Assembly: GCA_951406725.2 (NCBI GenBank)
Contig: OX597815.1
Span: 168,020,001-168,084,000, forward strand
Length of the DNA stretch: 64,000 bases
From: Octopus vulgaris
Lineage: Eukaryota
Direction of reading: 5' to 3'
Made by a program: the position numbers and the translations under genes. Shown here one piece after another: positions 27,435 through 41,254 of the stretch. The notes beneath the pieces are model-generated. The model saw only the letters and a program-made list of their open reading frames with translations. It was not told the origin of the DNA and ran no database searches. Each line of letters opens with the position of its first letter. The stretch's first letter is position 1.

Positions 27435-29157
27435 GCATACACATGGCATGTAGAGTTATGTGTCTACAATACGCATGTTCCTCCGACGGGGCAACGATGA
27501 CCATCTGATCAACCTGGAACTGACTGATGATTTGCGCGGTGACTCTGTTTAGAGTGAGAAAGAGATGGGCACCATCAACTTCGCTTTCTAGTCCGTGACC
27601 ACCATCAATCCAGTGGCAAGACCAGGTCAAGACGACTCGGGATAGAGATGGGTGTCTTGCGTTCCTCATCTTGCTGTCTGCACTCTACAATTCGTTGTCG
27701 CAGCAGCCTTCCCCTCTGCTGACACACGGAGGTTTCTTCCGCAGTGTCCGCCAGATCCAATCGTCACATGCACAAGTAAGCAAGCCCTAACTTACCAAAA
27801 GTTACAAACACATGGTTCAGGGTTCAATCCCACTGCGTGGCACCTAGGGCAAGTGTCTTCAACTATAGCCTCGAGCCGACCAAAGCCTTGTGAGTGGATT
27901 TGGTAGACGGAAACTGAAAGAAGCCCGTCGTATGTATATATGCGTGTGTGTGTATGTTTGTGTGTCTGTGTTTGCCCCCCCCCCCCACCCACCCACCAAC
28001 ATCGCTTGACAACCGATGTTGGTGTGTTCACGGCCCCGTAACTTAGCTGTTCGGCAAAAGAGAACGATAGAATAAGTACTAGGCTTATAAAGAATGAGTT
28101 CTGGGGTCGATTTGCTCGACTTAAGGCGGTGCTCCAGCATGACCGCAGTCAAATGACAGAAACAAATAAAAGAAAAAAAGAAAACCCGTAAGCTACCCTC
28201 ATATGGTTTAGCTTGCCTGTTGAGATGGTTAGCCGGTGCGTGGCCACCACTGCATACAAACTGCTACTTAGATCCACTGGTGAGTGTGGGTGCCATCCCT
28301 AATAGTGCGACGTGTTCCCTTATCAAAAGTACTATCCCTACCTGATACACCATAGTAAAGTAAAGTTCGTTCCTGAGTCATACAGACTCATAAGGGCCGG
28401 TTTCCCGGTTCCCATGGCGTATAAGTTCCTCACCTGGACGGGACACCGCTCTGTCGCAGGATTACTCATTTTTGCCAGCTGAGCGTACTGAAGTAACATG
28501 GAATGAAGTGTTTTGCTCAAGAACAACGCGTAGCCCGCTCCAGAAATCGAAACCACAACCTTACAATCATGAGTCCAACACTCTAACCACTAAGACACGC
28601 GCCTCCACGGTACCTAATACACTCCGCAAAAAAAAACAATAAACAATAAATCACTACATTCAACAGTGTACGAACTTTTAATCCATGTTCCTCATGTTCC
28701 AGCATACGACCCGCTCCTTGGGTCATGGTGTTTCTTTGTATGGTATTGTTACTTGTTTGCTTTATCTTTTATATACGTCAAGTTATAATTGCAATCAATT
28801 ATATACTTTGTTGTAAAGAATTTATCCTTTACGAATTACATACAGAAAATTTAAATAAAGTTTACAGCAACTCACTCATGCTTCAAAAACTATATATAGT
28901 TACTAGAGCATCAAGTACTGCGCTACAGAAAATTATTCAGTGTTATCGTCTTATCATTATGATCTGTGCATGTTTCATATCGTTTGAAGTAGCGTGGTAT
29001 TGTAACCGACTGAAACCTCTCAAGGTACATGTGATTGCTTACCGGTTAATGTGGAATGAGTCGACTGGGCACGGCTGTTTGGGCGCTGAAGGTTTGGTAC
29101 GGCTGACTAGAAATTCAGCCTGTTTTGACGACAGTGCTTTGGCCGCTGAAGGCAAGC

Positions 29158-29254
<97 letters not shown>

Positions 29255-29256
<2 letters not shown>

Positions 29257-29690
29257 TAAATTTTAGGGTAGCAAAAAATTCTATAAAAATTCTCCGCAAC
29301 CAGCGGTCAAGTGAGAAAGAAAGAATAGTCAATAGTCTATGTAATATACATTCAAACATGTAAGGGATGGCCATAATAGGACATCCGACTCACTAGAAAG
29401 AGCCAGCTAAACTCCAAACCACTAATAGTTGTAATTCTGAAAAGGAAAGAGAAATAAAAACGTTTACCCTCTCCTTTCTGGACTATGCATAGTTTCGGCA
29501 ATCTTTTGTAAATAAATTAAATTCACTGGCGTTGCCTCTTCAGCAGAAAAGCCAAGGACTAACATATATTCACGAGGCGATAATAAACATGCCTCGAGTC
29601 TATATGCTATAAATTTTCAAAATCCACCACACTCGCGCGGTTTTCTCAGCAGTAAATATAAACTGCCGATTTAATTTCAAAATTATATAT
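29255..29690 (-). mobile_element. Penelope-like / retrozyme-like unit carrying the hammerhead, flanked by (TA)n
   Basis: Non-coding ~435-bp island between TA microsatellites. Its left end (tagggtagcaaaaaattctat...accagcgg) resembles 885-925 (tagggtggcaaaaaattttgt...accagcgg). Confidence 0.55.
29473..29551 (-). ncRNA. Type-I hammerhead ribozyme
   Basis: Minus strand: CUUUUCUG CUGAAGA GGCAA-(30 nt)-UUGCC GAAA CUAUGCAUAG UC^CAGAAAGG. 8-bp stem I (one G-U), 5-bp stem II, palindromic stem III, intact core, GUC cleavage site. Confidence 0.85.
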
Positions 29691-29715
29691 ATACACACAC
29701 ACTATAATATATATA

Positions 29716-29814
<99 letters not shown>

Positions 29815-29861
29815 CATATGGATGTGTATGCATATATATATACATGTATACATGTATATTC

Positions 29862-29899
<38 letters not shown>

Positions 29900-31857
29900 G
29901 TGTGTGTGTGTATGCGTGTACACACCACAAAATAGATCCATTAGCTGTTATGAGCCTAATCTTTATCGTCTATTCTTAAATTTGCTAGCACAGTTTTGAA
30001 TACGGAACGAAATGTTAGCGATATTACTAGAAGTACTATAGGATTGTCATAAATTTATCTAGGTCACAGGTAGTTAGTTACTGTCTACAATTTTAAAACA
30101 TTTCTACATATCGGAATACGTACACCACTAATTGGTGTACTGTAAGTAATCCAGTAGTTTATGGCTGCACAAATTATAAAACATTTTTTTATTTATTATT
30201 TATGCGCCCTTTTCAAGCCTAGCCAGGCTCATGAGCCCGGTTTCCCGGTTTTTGTGGCGCATGTGTTCCCCCCAGCTGGACAGGACACCAGTCCATCGCA
30301 GCGTTACTCAAGAAACAGGAAGAGAGAGTGAGAGAAAATTGGGGCGAAAGAGTACAACAGGAGTCACCACCACCCCCTGCCGGAGCCTAGTGGAGCTTTA
30401 GGTGTTTTCGCTCAATAAACACACACAACGCCCGGTCTGGGAATCGAAACCGCGATCCTCCGACCGCGAGTCTGCTGCCCTTACCACTGGGCCATTGCAC
30501 CTCCACATAAAACATTTTTATCGTTGCCAAAATATAATACTTAAACTGATGTGTTAGATTTTCTTTCAACATTATTTCTTACTCTTACGGAAGCGAACCA
30601 TGCGCGGCACTAAATGGGTGCACTGGACGGCACTGCCCCGTCACTACTCAATGGTACACTCTCAGGTTTAAAAAATACAGCTTACAAAAATCTTCCTGCA
30701 ATACAAATTATCGAGCCCACCCAGAATTTTTTGAAGCACCCCAGGCACCAAAGTCTGGCGACGGGCCTGCAATGAGTTAGCAGAATCAATCAATGTGTCA
30801 GAAAAATATATACCTTGGGGTATTTGTTCAGGATGTTTACGTTCGGTGCTCAAAATCTGCCGAGGACAAATTCGTCTTTCGTTCTATCCGGGTCAATAAA
30901 ATGAAGTACCAGTCAAGTATAGAGGACGCTGGTATTCACTAACACCTACACTCCTTAAAATCGCTCGCCTTGTGTCTAAGTCAGAAACCATTCTAACTAC
31001 CTGTCTTTGCTATCGTTTTTTTCCAGGAAATAACTTTTGTTTCTAGCTTCTATTTCATGTTGTCGTCGGCGTGGGGGAAAAAAGTTCCACCAAGATGAGA
31101 TTCCCTTACTGTCTGGTCTTTCTTTCCAAATTTTCTTCTTAATATTTTCCTGTATTAAAGCGGTAGGCAAAATGCATAGCGGTATTTCATATGTCTATAT
31201 GTTCTGAATTCATATACCTATTTCTTTACTACCCACAAGGGGCTAAACTCAGAAAGGACAAACAAGGACAAACAAACGGATTAAGTCGATTATATCGATA
31301 CCCTGAGCAGGGGTAACTGGTACTTAATTTATCGACCCCGAAAGGATGAAAGGCAAAGTCGACCTCGGCGGAATTTGAACTCGGAACGTAACGCCAGACG
31401 AAATACAGCTACGCATTTCGCCCGGCGTGCTAACGTTTCTGCCAGCTCGCCGCCTTTATGAATTCATACACCGCCGTGATCTACTTTGCCTTTCATCCTT
31501 CCGAGGTCGATAAAATAAGAACCAGTGCCAAAATTTGAAATCAATATTTTCCTGTATTGAAGGCGGTGAACACGCCGCAAAAAATGCTTGCCGGCATTTC
31601 GAAGTTAAAATTCTGCCGAAGTCCATTTTGTTTTTCATCCTTTCGGGGTCGATAAAATAAGTACCAGTGGAACACTGCGGTCGATGTAATCGACTTACCC
31701 CTTCCCCTGAACTTGCTGGCCTCGTGCCAAAATTTGAAACCAATGTTTACTTGTATTAGCCTGTTTTGCACGAAGGTCTTCACACCACCACATATTTTTG
31801 AACGCCAAACAGCGAAGCTTTCCCCAACGAAGCTATCCAGTTTTCTTTTAGATAAAT

Positions 31858-31929
<72 letters not shown>

Positions 31930-32403
31930 ATACATATATATATATATGATGGACTTAGTTCTACCACAACCACTCACATGACATTGATCGACGTGGGTTT
32001 ATAATAGAAGACACTCGTCCATGATACCGCGCTGTGGGAATGAACCTAGTTCCACATGGTTGGGAAGTAAACTTCTCAACCACAATCACGCCTGTGGTTC
32101 TTTAACAGTTTGTTGTCGTGTGTCAATGCAAGGTATTGCATACAAGCTTATACAAAGTTCATACACTTCTCTATTACTGCTTTTGGCGTTTCGAATTTGA
32201 CATATAAAAAATACAAAAGAACATTGTAAGCCTATGACCACTGGCGTAGGCATATTTGTGTTCTTAAGATGTTCGCTTTGCAACCATATAATCTTACTTT
32301 CAATCCGACTGCCCAGCACCTTGGGTAAGTGATTCCTATAGTAGCTCCGTGAAAGCTTTCTCGCTAAGACTAATAACACTGTACAATAAATACACTGTGT
32401 GTG

Positions 32404-32440
<37 letters not shown>

Positions 32441-32607
32441 GCAGGCAGGAGCACTCTGTCGGTTGCGACGATGATAGTCCCAGCTGATGCGATGAACGGA
32501 ACAGCTTGCTCGTGAAATTAACGTGCAAGTGCCTGAGCACTCCACAGACGCGTATACCCTTAACGTAGTTCTCAGGGAGATTCAACGTGACACACGCATA
32601 CATACAT

Positions 32608-32697
<90 letters not shown>

Positions 32698-32715
32698 CAC
32701 ACACATTCACACACG

Positions 32716-33290
32716 TAGGGGGGGGGGGCAAAAGCAGGTTTACAAATATTCAACTATCTCTTTCGCATTAATATATTAACAGTTTAGATCTTAATTATAA
32801 AAAAAAACATTATGAAACCATCATTCTATGCTAAATTAGTCAATTTTGTCACGCTGCCTTTTCAATTTGTAACTGTTTTTTTTTTCTTACAGTTACTGTA
32901 AAGTGAGTGCCATGGCAAACAATTTAAATCAAGACCTGATACCAATGGATTTCTTTTTTTTTTTTTTTTTGAGTGTTGTAAAGAACAAGGTTTATGAGAA
33001 GAATCCCAAAACAGCAAATGAATTAAAAGATTACATTTCTGACGCATTCACTGAAATTGATGGCGATCGGAATTTGTACCGCACTGTGTGTCAGAGTGTT
33101 CTGAAGAGGTTTGAAGAATGTTGCAATGCTGAAGGAGGATATTTTGAGCATCTGAGAGATTAAACACTGTCTATTTAAGATGTGCATAAACAATATGATT
33201 GTAAAATAGAAATTTAAATGTAATAAAATGCTTTAAAAGAAATTTGAAGTGCCTACGTGATAAGTATAAACCTACTTTTGGGCCTCAGCG
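32716..33290 (+). mobile_element. Deleted Tc1/mariner-superfamily element (transposase C-terminal remnant)
   Basis: ORF 32903..33163 DLIPMDFF..VKNKVY..NPKTANELK...CCNAEGGYFEHL; imperfect TIRs ggcaaaagcaggttta / taaacctacttttgggcc. Confidence 0.7.
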
Positions 33291-33798
33291 TTTGCAATAC
33301 TTTTTCGTTCGGCGTCAACAGCCCTTCTTATCTTGTTCTCCCTGTCCTGTCTGTTACTGTTATATATATTTTTTTTACTGTTTATATATATATTTTTTTA
33401 CTGTTTATATTTTTGTACTGTCGTTACTGTCTCGTTTTTTTACCATTTTTTTACCATTTTTTACCCTCTGCGAAAAGATCTCAGAATTTTAATTGATTTG
33501 CTTTTTGCAGGAAGGAAAGTTTCTTGTCGAAGATACGTCTCGCTTTTATCCTTCGAAACGTAGAGTAGATGAAACCTTAGTGACTGAAGAAGGGGTTTTT
33601 TCGTTGTGTTAACTGTCCTGTACTCCATTTTTTGTTGTTTTTTAAAAAAATGTCCTGTTCCTTTGGTTTGTGTCTATGTTTTCGTTTCTCTATGTGTTCG
33701 ACGTCCCTTTGGTGTCCTGTACTCATATATGCGTGTATATGTACATGTAGAGGTAGGTACGTACATATATGTTTATATATATGCATATGTTTTATTTC

Positions 33799-34485
<687 letters not shown>

Positions 34486-34557
34486 CTCTCTCTCCCTCTC
34501 TCTCTCTCTCTCCTTCTCTCAATTATTGATACTTCTAAGTTATTAATGATAACGTAC

Positions 34558-34625
<68 letters not shown>

Positions 34626-35924
34626 TATTATACATAATCTTCAAGGCGGCGAGCAGGCAGAATCGGTAGCACGCAGGGCGAAATGCTTAGCAGTATTGTT
34701 GTCCGTCGTTACGTTCTGGGTTCAAATTCCGCCTTTCATCCTTTCTGGGTAGATTAAATAAGTACCAGTTACGCACTGGGGTCAATGCAGTCGATTCAAT
34801 TCCTTTGTCTGTCTTTGTTTGTCCCCTCTATGTTTAGACCCCCGTGGGTAGTAAAGAAATAGGTATTTCATCTGTCTTTACTACGTTCTGAGTTCAAATT
34901 CTGCCGAGGTCGACTTTGCCTTTCATCCTTCGGGATCGATAAATTAAGTACCAATTGCGTACTGGAGTCAATCTAATCGACTTGCTCCGTCCCTCTCCAA
35001 AAATTTCGGGCCCTGTGCCTGGAGAAGAGAAGAATAATTATAGCTTTCAAGGCAGCGAGCTGGCAGAATCGTTAGCACGCTGGCCGAAATGTTTAGCGGT
35101 ATTTCGTCTGCCGCTACGTTCTGAGTTCAAATTCCGCCGAAGTCGACTTTGCCTTTCATCCTTTTGTAGTCGATAAATTAAGTAGCAGTTGAGTACTAAG
35201 ATTGATGTATTCGACTTCCCCCTTCCCCAAACATTTCAGACCTTGTGTTTATAATAGAAAAGATTATTATACAAAATCTTCATTTTCATCGCCACTACCC
35301 ACTGTTTTTTTTTTTATATCTTTCCTGGTATAGAAAATTTCTTTTATTAATCATTGTCTTGTACACATAAATATTTTGAAGATAATGTTTTTTTTGCATG
35401 TGTATACTGGAGTTGAAAAATGGGTGTAACCATGATAATCTATTGAGCTGATGGGCTAGCCTTCCATACTTGCATTAGTTTTGTAAAATGTACACTAGTG
35501 CTATGCAATTTATAACATACACACTAGAGCAGACATGTACAATAATCTATTATACACCAAAATTAATTATTTTCTCATGATGTGTGCCGCGAAACGATCG
35601 TCATCATATGGATATCAACTGATAAAACAAACATATTCATCTCATATCTCTTAAATTTCTTTATAGTCTATAAACTCCGCATCAAATAATCTTCACCGGT
35701 TGGATTTACTCGATTTCAACTGCAAAGGACTACATTACATTCCTACATATTAGTTTACTACGTGGTTTGTAGCTTGTCCACTAAAGGAGCTTTCTTTGTG
35801 ATTAACACCGGATTAGGTAAATCCATATAGTGTGCAATAAGTATTATATATATATATACATATAAGTGTTATATATATATATACATATAAGTGTATTTGC
35901 CAGGAGGATGCGATTTGGCGTGGT

Positions 35925-35983
<59 letters not shown>

Positions 35984-35986
<3 letters not shown>

Positions 35987-37159
35987 TATTATAAAAGGCA
36001 GATTTTATCTGCCTCCCTTTGGGAGTTATACAAATCTACAATATAGGATTTCTTCAATTACAATTTACCTAGCATTTTTGAGAGTACAATGCATCGCGTC
36101 ATGCCAGGTCCAGTTTTTAAAATTTAAACTCCAATTAAGCAAAATTTACAGAAAACTCACATTCTGGTGTGTGTGTCAGATGCTTTTCTTAGTCTGGTTT
36201 ACACCACACGCAAACGCACACACACAGTGTGCGACGAATAAAATGAAAGTAAATGTAATATTTGTTTCTGTCTATCACGCTGATAGATACATGAGTAAAA
36301 TGTATGGGAAGCTAACAGATAACAGTGAGTGAAAATGTTCTTGGAAGAGAGTAAATTAGCGACAGAGTGATTTGAGCAAGACTAAACTGAAAGTATGAAA
36401 CAGTGTTTATATATAAACAGACGACACTTATATAAACCCTTTCGTTACCAAACCGCCCGAATTTACCTATTCATATTTAAATGAGAATATCAGAGTAAAT
36501 CTCTTTAGTACATTCGTGAAAACACGTATTATACTTCGTAAACACTTCAAATACAGTTTTGTACAAAAATCGAAGTGTAATTTTAATTCCGTGAATTATG
36601 GGAGATTTTTTTCCGAAATTTGTTCCTATTGTGTTTTCAAAATTTGTAATTCTGACAAAAAATGGATACGAATTTCATTATATCAAGCAGCGAGTCAGAA
36701 TTCGAAGGATTTTCTACTGAAGACCTTCATAAATCTAACTCTATGACTGAAAAAAAATAAGCATCTTTATATAAGAGTGAAGTTGTGTGTCTGTCTCCTT
36801 CGATTTAGATTCGTAACTACTCCCACATTTTGCCGTGCAGTTTAACCAAAAGCGGGTATCTTATAGTCGTGATTCATATCGAGCCCTTCTGGGTATTAGC
36901 GCGCGTCTACGGTGAGTCTACGATTTAAAAAAAATTTACCATCATATTTTTCCATTTGAATGCATTTTTTTCGCTTTTATATAAGGGAAGTAACTCTCTA
37001 AAAATATCTACGATGTGTCAACGATTTTTAAAAAAAATTTACCTTAATTTTTTTTCAATTTTTAATGCATTTTTTTCCTATTTTTTGGCTATAACTCTCT
37101 AAAAATGCTTATATAGTTATTTCCCTTACAACCCGAGCAACGCCGGGCGATACTGCTAG
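35984..37159 (+). mobile_element. Non-autonomous Helitron, unit 1 of a tandem pair
   Basis: A|TCTTATTATAAAAGGCAG start; ends with CCCGAGCAACGCCGGG hairpin then CTAG. Confidence 0.9.
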
Positions 37160-37621
37160 TCTTATTATAAAAGGCAGATTTTATCTGCCTCCCTTTGTAT
37201 CTTATAGAAATCTACAATATAGGATTTCTTCAATTACAATTTACCTAGCATTTTTAAGAGTAGAATGCATCGGGTCGTGACAGGTCCACTTTTTAAAATT
37301 TCAACCCCAATTAAGCAAAATTTAGAGAAAACTCACATTGTGGTGTATGAGTCAAATGCTTCTCTTAGTGTGGGATACAGCACACGCAAACGCACACACA
37401 CAGTGTGCAACGAATAAAGTGAAACTAATTCACTTTCTGTAGTGAGTGACTATTTCTACTCTACATTCCCACTTCCACTTTACACACATAGACACGCAAA
37501 TATATAAATAAAATTGTAAGCTAACGTGTGTGTGTGCGTGTGTGTGAGTGTGTGTGTGTGTGTGCGTGTGTGAGGATGCGTGTGTGTGTGTGTGTGTGCG
37601 TGTGCGTGAGTGTGTGACAGG

Positions 37622-38463
37622 AAAGTTTTTTAGGACGAATATAAGATCTATATCCAAGTAGCAGAAAGATCGCCCAAAAGTGTATATAGATATTTAAATG
37701 TATTTATATATTCATCTATACACAGATGTATGTATAATGTGTGTGTATATATTTCCATAGCGGTAACCATTCACTCCATACAAAGTTTTTTAGGACGAAT
37801 ATAAGATCTAAAGTATATACAAGTAGCAGAAAGATCGTCCAAAAGTGTATATAGATATTTAAATGTATTTATATATTCATCTATGCACACATGTATGTAT
37901 AACGTGTGTGTATATATTTCCATAGAGGTAACCATTCACTCCATACAAAGTTTTTTAGGACGAATATAAGATCTAAAGTTATCTCTAAGAAACAGAAAGA
38001 TCGCCCAAAAGTGTATATAGATGTTTAAATGTATTTATATATTCATCTATACACAGATGTATGTATAATGTGTGTGTATATATTTCCATAGAGGTAACCT
38101 TTCACTCCATACAAAGTTTTTTAGGACGAATATAAGATCTAAAGTTATCTCTAAGAAAAAGAAAGATCGCCCAAAAGTGTATATAGATATTTAAATGTAT
38201 TTATATATTCATCTATACACAGATGTATGTATAATGTGTGTGTATATATTTCCATAGAGGTAACCTTTCACTCCATACAAAGTTTTTTTTAAAACGAATA
38301 TAAGATCTAAAGTTATCTCTAAGAAAAAGAAAGATCGCCCAAAAGTGTATATAGATATTTAAATGTATTTATATATTCATCTATACACACATGTATGTAT
38401 AATGTGCATGTATATATTTCCATAGAGGTAACCATTCAATCCATACAAAGTTTTTTAGGACGA
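37622..38463 (+). repeat. Tandem repeat, ~5 copies of ~166 bp, inside the Helitron
   Basis: AAAGTTTTTTAGGACGAATATAAGATCTA (or close variant) recurs at 37622, 37782, 37947, 38113, 38279 and 38447. Confidence 0.95.
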
Positions 38464-38715
38464 AAATATTTATATATAAAAGAAAGGTTGTGTGTCTGTC
38501 TACTCCGATTTAGATTCCTAACTACTCCCACATTTTGCAATGCAGTTTAACCAAAAGCGGGTATCTTATAGTCGTGATTCATATCGAGCCCTTCTGGGTA
38601 TTAGCGCGCGTCTACGATGAGTCTATGATTTTACAAATAATTTACCATCATTTTTTTCCATTTTAATGCATATTTTTTTTAATAAAGGGAAGTAGCTCTC
38701 AAACTTCACACCAAT

Positions 38716-39237
38716 ATGCGTGCTCATATGCCACGTAATATCACATCAGCAGCATTTCCTCACACCCTCCTTGCACTTGGCGAAGGCAAAATACCAGGGG
38801 ATGAAAATGGTAATATTGCCATCGATTCCATTTGTACCATTGTTAAGACGCCTTCTGATCTCAGAGATGCAGTGTTCCCAAATCTACAAGCTAATTATCA
38901 GAATATGGATTGGATTGGCAAAAAGGCTATACTGGCCCCGAGGAATAAAACTGTTCACCATATTAATGATGAAATGCTAAAACTCATTCCTGGGGAAGTC
39001 TATGTATATCAGTCTATCGATACAACTCCTGACCCAGAGGACGTCATCAACTATCCAATAGAGGTACTCAATTCCTTTGAACACCCCGGACTACCACCAC
39101 ACTTTCTCAAACTTAAAGTTGGTGCCCCTATAATGCTCATCAGAAATTTGGTTCCCCCAAAACAATGCAATGGCACACGTTTTATCGTTAAGTCCTTATC
39201 TCCCACCGTAAACTTATATCAATATTTGCCTGAATAA
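38716..39237 (+). pseudogene. Helitron Rep/Hel PIF1-family helicase fragment (173 aa)
   Basis: LLALGEGK, KAILAPRN, YQSIDT, YPIEVLNS..PGLPPHFLKLKVGAPIMLIRNL...CNGTRFIV; lacks Rep domain and N-terminal helicase motifs. Confidence 0.9.
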
Positions 39238-39344
39238 TCATCATAATTCAGTGCAATCATTAACAGTACTTTCAAGCAATTCAGCCCCGAGCAACGCCGG
39301 GCAATTCTGCTAGTATATATATATATATATATTCTTCTTTATAC

Positions 39345-39692
39345 CTTTAACCCTCTAACGCGGAGTATAGGCCACTTATAGTTGAATTCCATGTCGCATA
39401 ATTTTTCGCTTCTGTACTTATACTCTGCCATGAATGTCCCCCTTTCTCTAGTTCCTTTTGTGTTGATCTCCGCCACGAGTTCTTAGGCCTACCTCTCCTA
39501 TATCCATCCGGTTTCCACTGTAAAGCACTTTTCGCTATATTTGGTGTGTCTTTTCTAATTGTGCTACCAATCCACTTCCACTTTTTCTTAAATATTTGCT
39601 CCCTAATCGAAACTTCATTTGTTCTTTGCCATAGCTCCATATTGCTTATGTGTTCGGGCCATCTAATTTTAAGTATACTACGCAAGCATCTG
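39345..39692 (-). mobile_element. RTE-clade LINE 3' fragment
   Basis: LRSILKIRWPEHISN.ELW...WKWIGSTIRK....ALQWKPDG.RRGRPKNSWRR. Confidence 0.85.
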
Positions 39693-39697
39693 TTAAC

Positions 39698-39845
39698 TCT
39701 CTATATATAAACGGCAAAATGTCTGCGTGTGTGTCCTTTATACAAATCCACAATTTTTCAGTTAGAGGGCTCGCACTTTCTATGGTCATTCAAAATCGTC
39801 CAAGGGTGGTCGTGCACATCTTTATATTTGCCGGGTCATAGTGCT

Positions 39846-39847
<2 letters not shown>
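39698..39847 (+). mobile_element. Very short Helitron derivative
   Basis: TCTCTATATATAAACGGCAAAATGTCTGCGTGTGTG start; ends GCCGGGTCATAGTGCTGG|T (CTRR, with only half the hairpin). Confidence 0.55.
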
Positions 39848-39882
<35 letters not shown>

Positions 39883-41254
39883 ACCACGCCTAATCGCAGC
39901 CTCCCAGCAAGTACACTTGACTTGTGCGTCGAGTATATGTGGTCGATTATGTTTGTTACACTAGCACTGCTTCTATTTTGTGTGGGAGGCGGGGTGTACG
40001 ACAGCCTTCCACGTTGGGTTTTTTTTTCTGTCTACCTAACTCGCTCACAAGACATTTGTCGGTCCGGGACTATAGTAGAAAACACTTGCCCAAGGCGGCG
40101 AACAGTGTGACTGAACACTGAACCACATGTTTGCTAAGTGAGCTTCTTGCTCGCTTTTCAAGCTCAACTTTGATCTTACCTTCTGTGAAATATATTCGAA
40201 AGTAGAATAATATATTTGCTTTAATGAAAGAATAAACAAATTAACTTATGACTGCTATATTAATTAATGTTAAGGTGGCGAGTTGGCAGAAACGTTAGCA
40301 CGCCGGGCGAAATGCTTAGTGGTATTTCGTCTGTCGTTACGTTCTGAGTTCAAATTCCGCCGAGGTCGACTTTGCCTTTCATCCTTTTGGGGTCGATTAA
40401 ATAAGTACCAGTTACGCACTGGGGTCGATATAATCGACTTAATCCCTTTGTCTGTCCTTGTTTGTCCCCTCTATGTTTAGCCCCTTGTGGGCAGTAAAGA
40501 AATATATTTTAATTAATGTTCACTTGTCACATGAAGGAATTTAATGTCTGTGGCTGAAAAATTGGAAGTTTGGTGAGGGAGAATCTGGAATTTCTTCACC
40601 ATTAATTTTGTGAAATACGTTCGATACTAAAGGACTAGTTTTGCCTAAGTGAAATAATAAAGAAAGCGATTAATTGATAATTTGTAATTATCGTGTCAGG
40701 GCTACGTATTTAATACCGAAAATGTAAACAAAACTATTGTTAGCGTGTAGCGTTATCTTAAAATGTCAGAAATATACACACAAGGGAAGTAATTCAATCT
40801 ACAAAAAAATTATGATGAAAGGATCTTTTTGATTAAAAACCAGAACAGAAGAAAAATCAAATGATCGACTGTTTTGAAACTGGTGGAGTTTATACGGAGA
40901 ATTGAAACTGTAATCATCTGGTTATTAATCATATACTTTTCATATGCAAAATTATTTCAGTCAGCCCGCTTTCCTTGAATACCGTTGCAGGGGAGATAAT
41001 TCTAGATAAATATTTAAGTTAGTTCCCTTGAATCAGAAACTAGCTTTTGTTTTGAACGTTTTTGTTAGAAGAAAAGTTGGTATTTACTTATCTACGTCCA
41101 CTTATCCACGCTAATCAAAAAATCCTCAAAGTATTCCACCCATGACCACATCATATACTTGGTTATGTTCAGATGATGTAGTCAAGACTGCATTATAGAA
41201 TAATTGGTCCTATTTTTTAAATGTAAGGTGTGGTTTGAGAGGAATATGGCTTCT

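Larger units (their letters stand above)
37160..39313 (+). mobile_element. Helitron unit 2 with satellite and helicase fragment
   Basis: Starts TCTTATTATAAAAGGCAG immediately after the CTAG of unit 1; ends CCCGAGCAACGCCGGGCAATTCTGCTAG|T. Confidence 0.9.

Noticed and set aside
28725-29363. 212-aa ORF
   Set aside because: No recognisable domain and extended by a (TA)n tract; likely a chance ORF.
37622-38463. Regular repeats as a CRISPR-like array
   Set aside because: Whole units repeat with no unique spacers; eukaryotic context; no cas genes.
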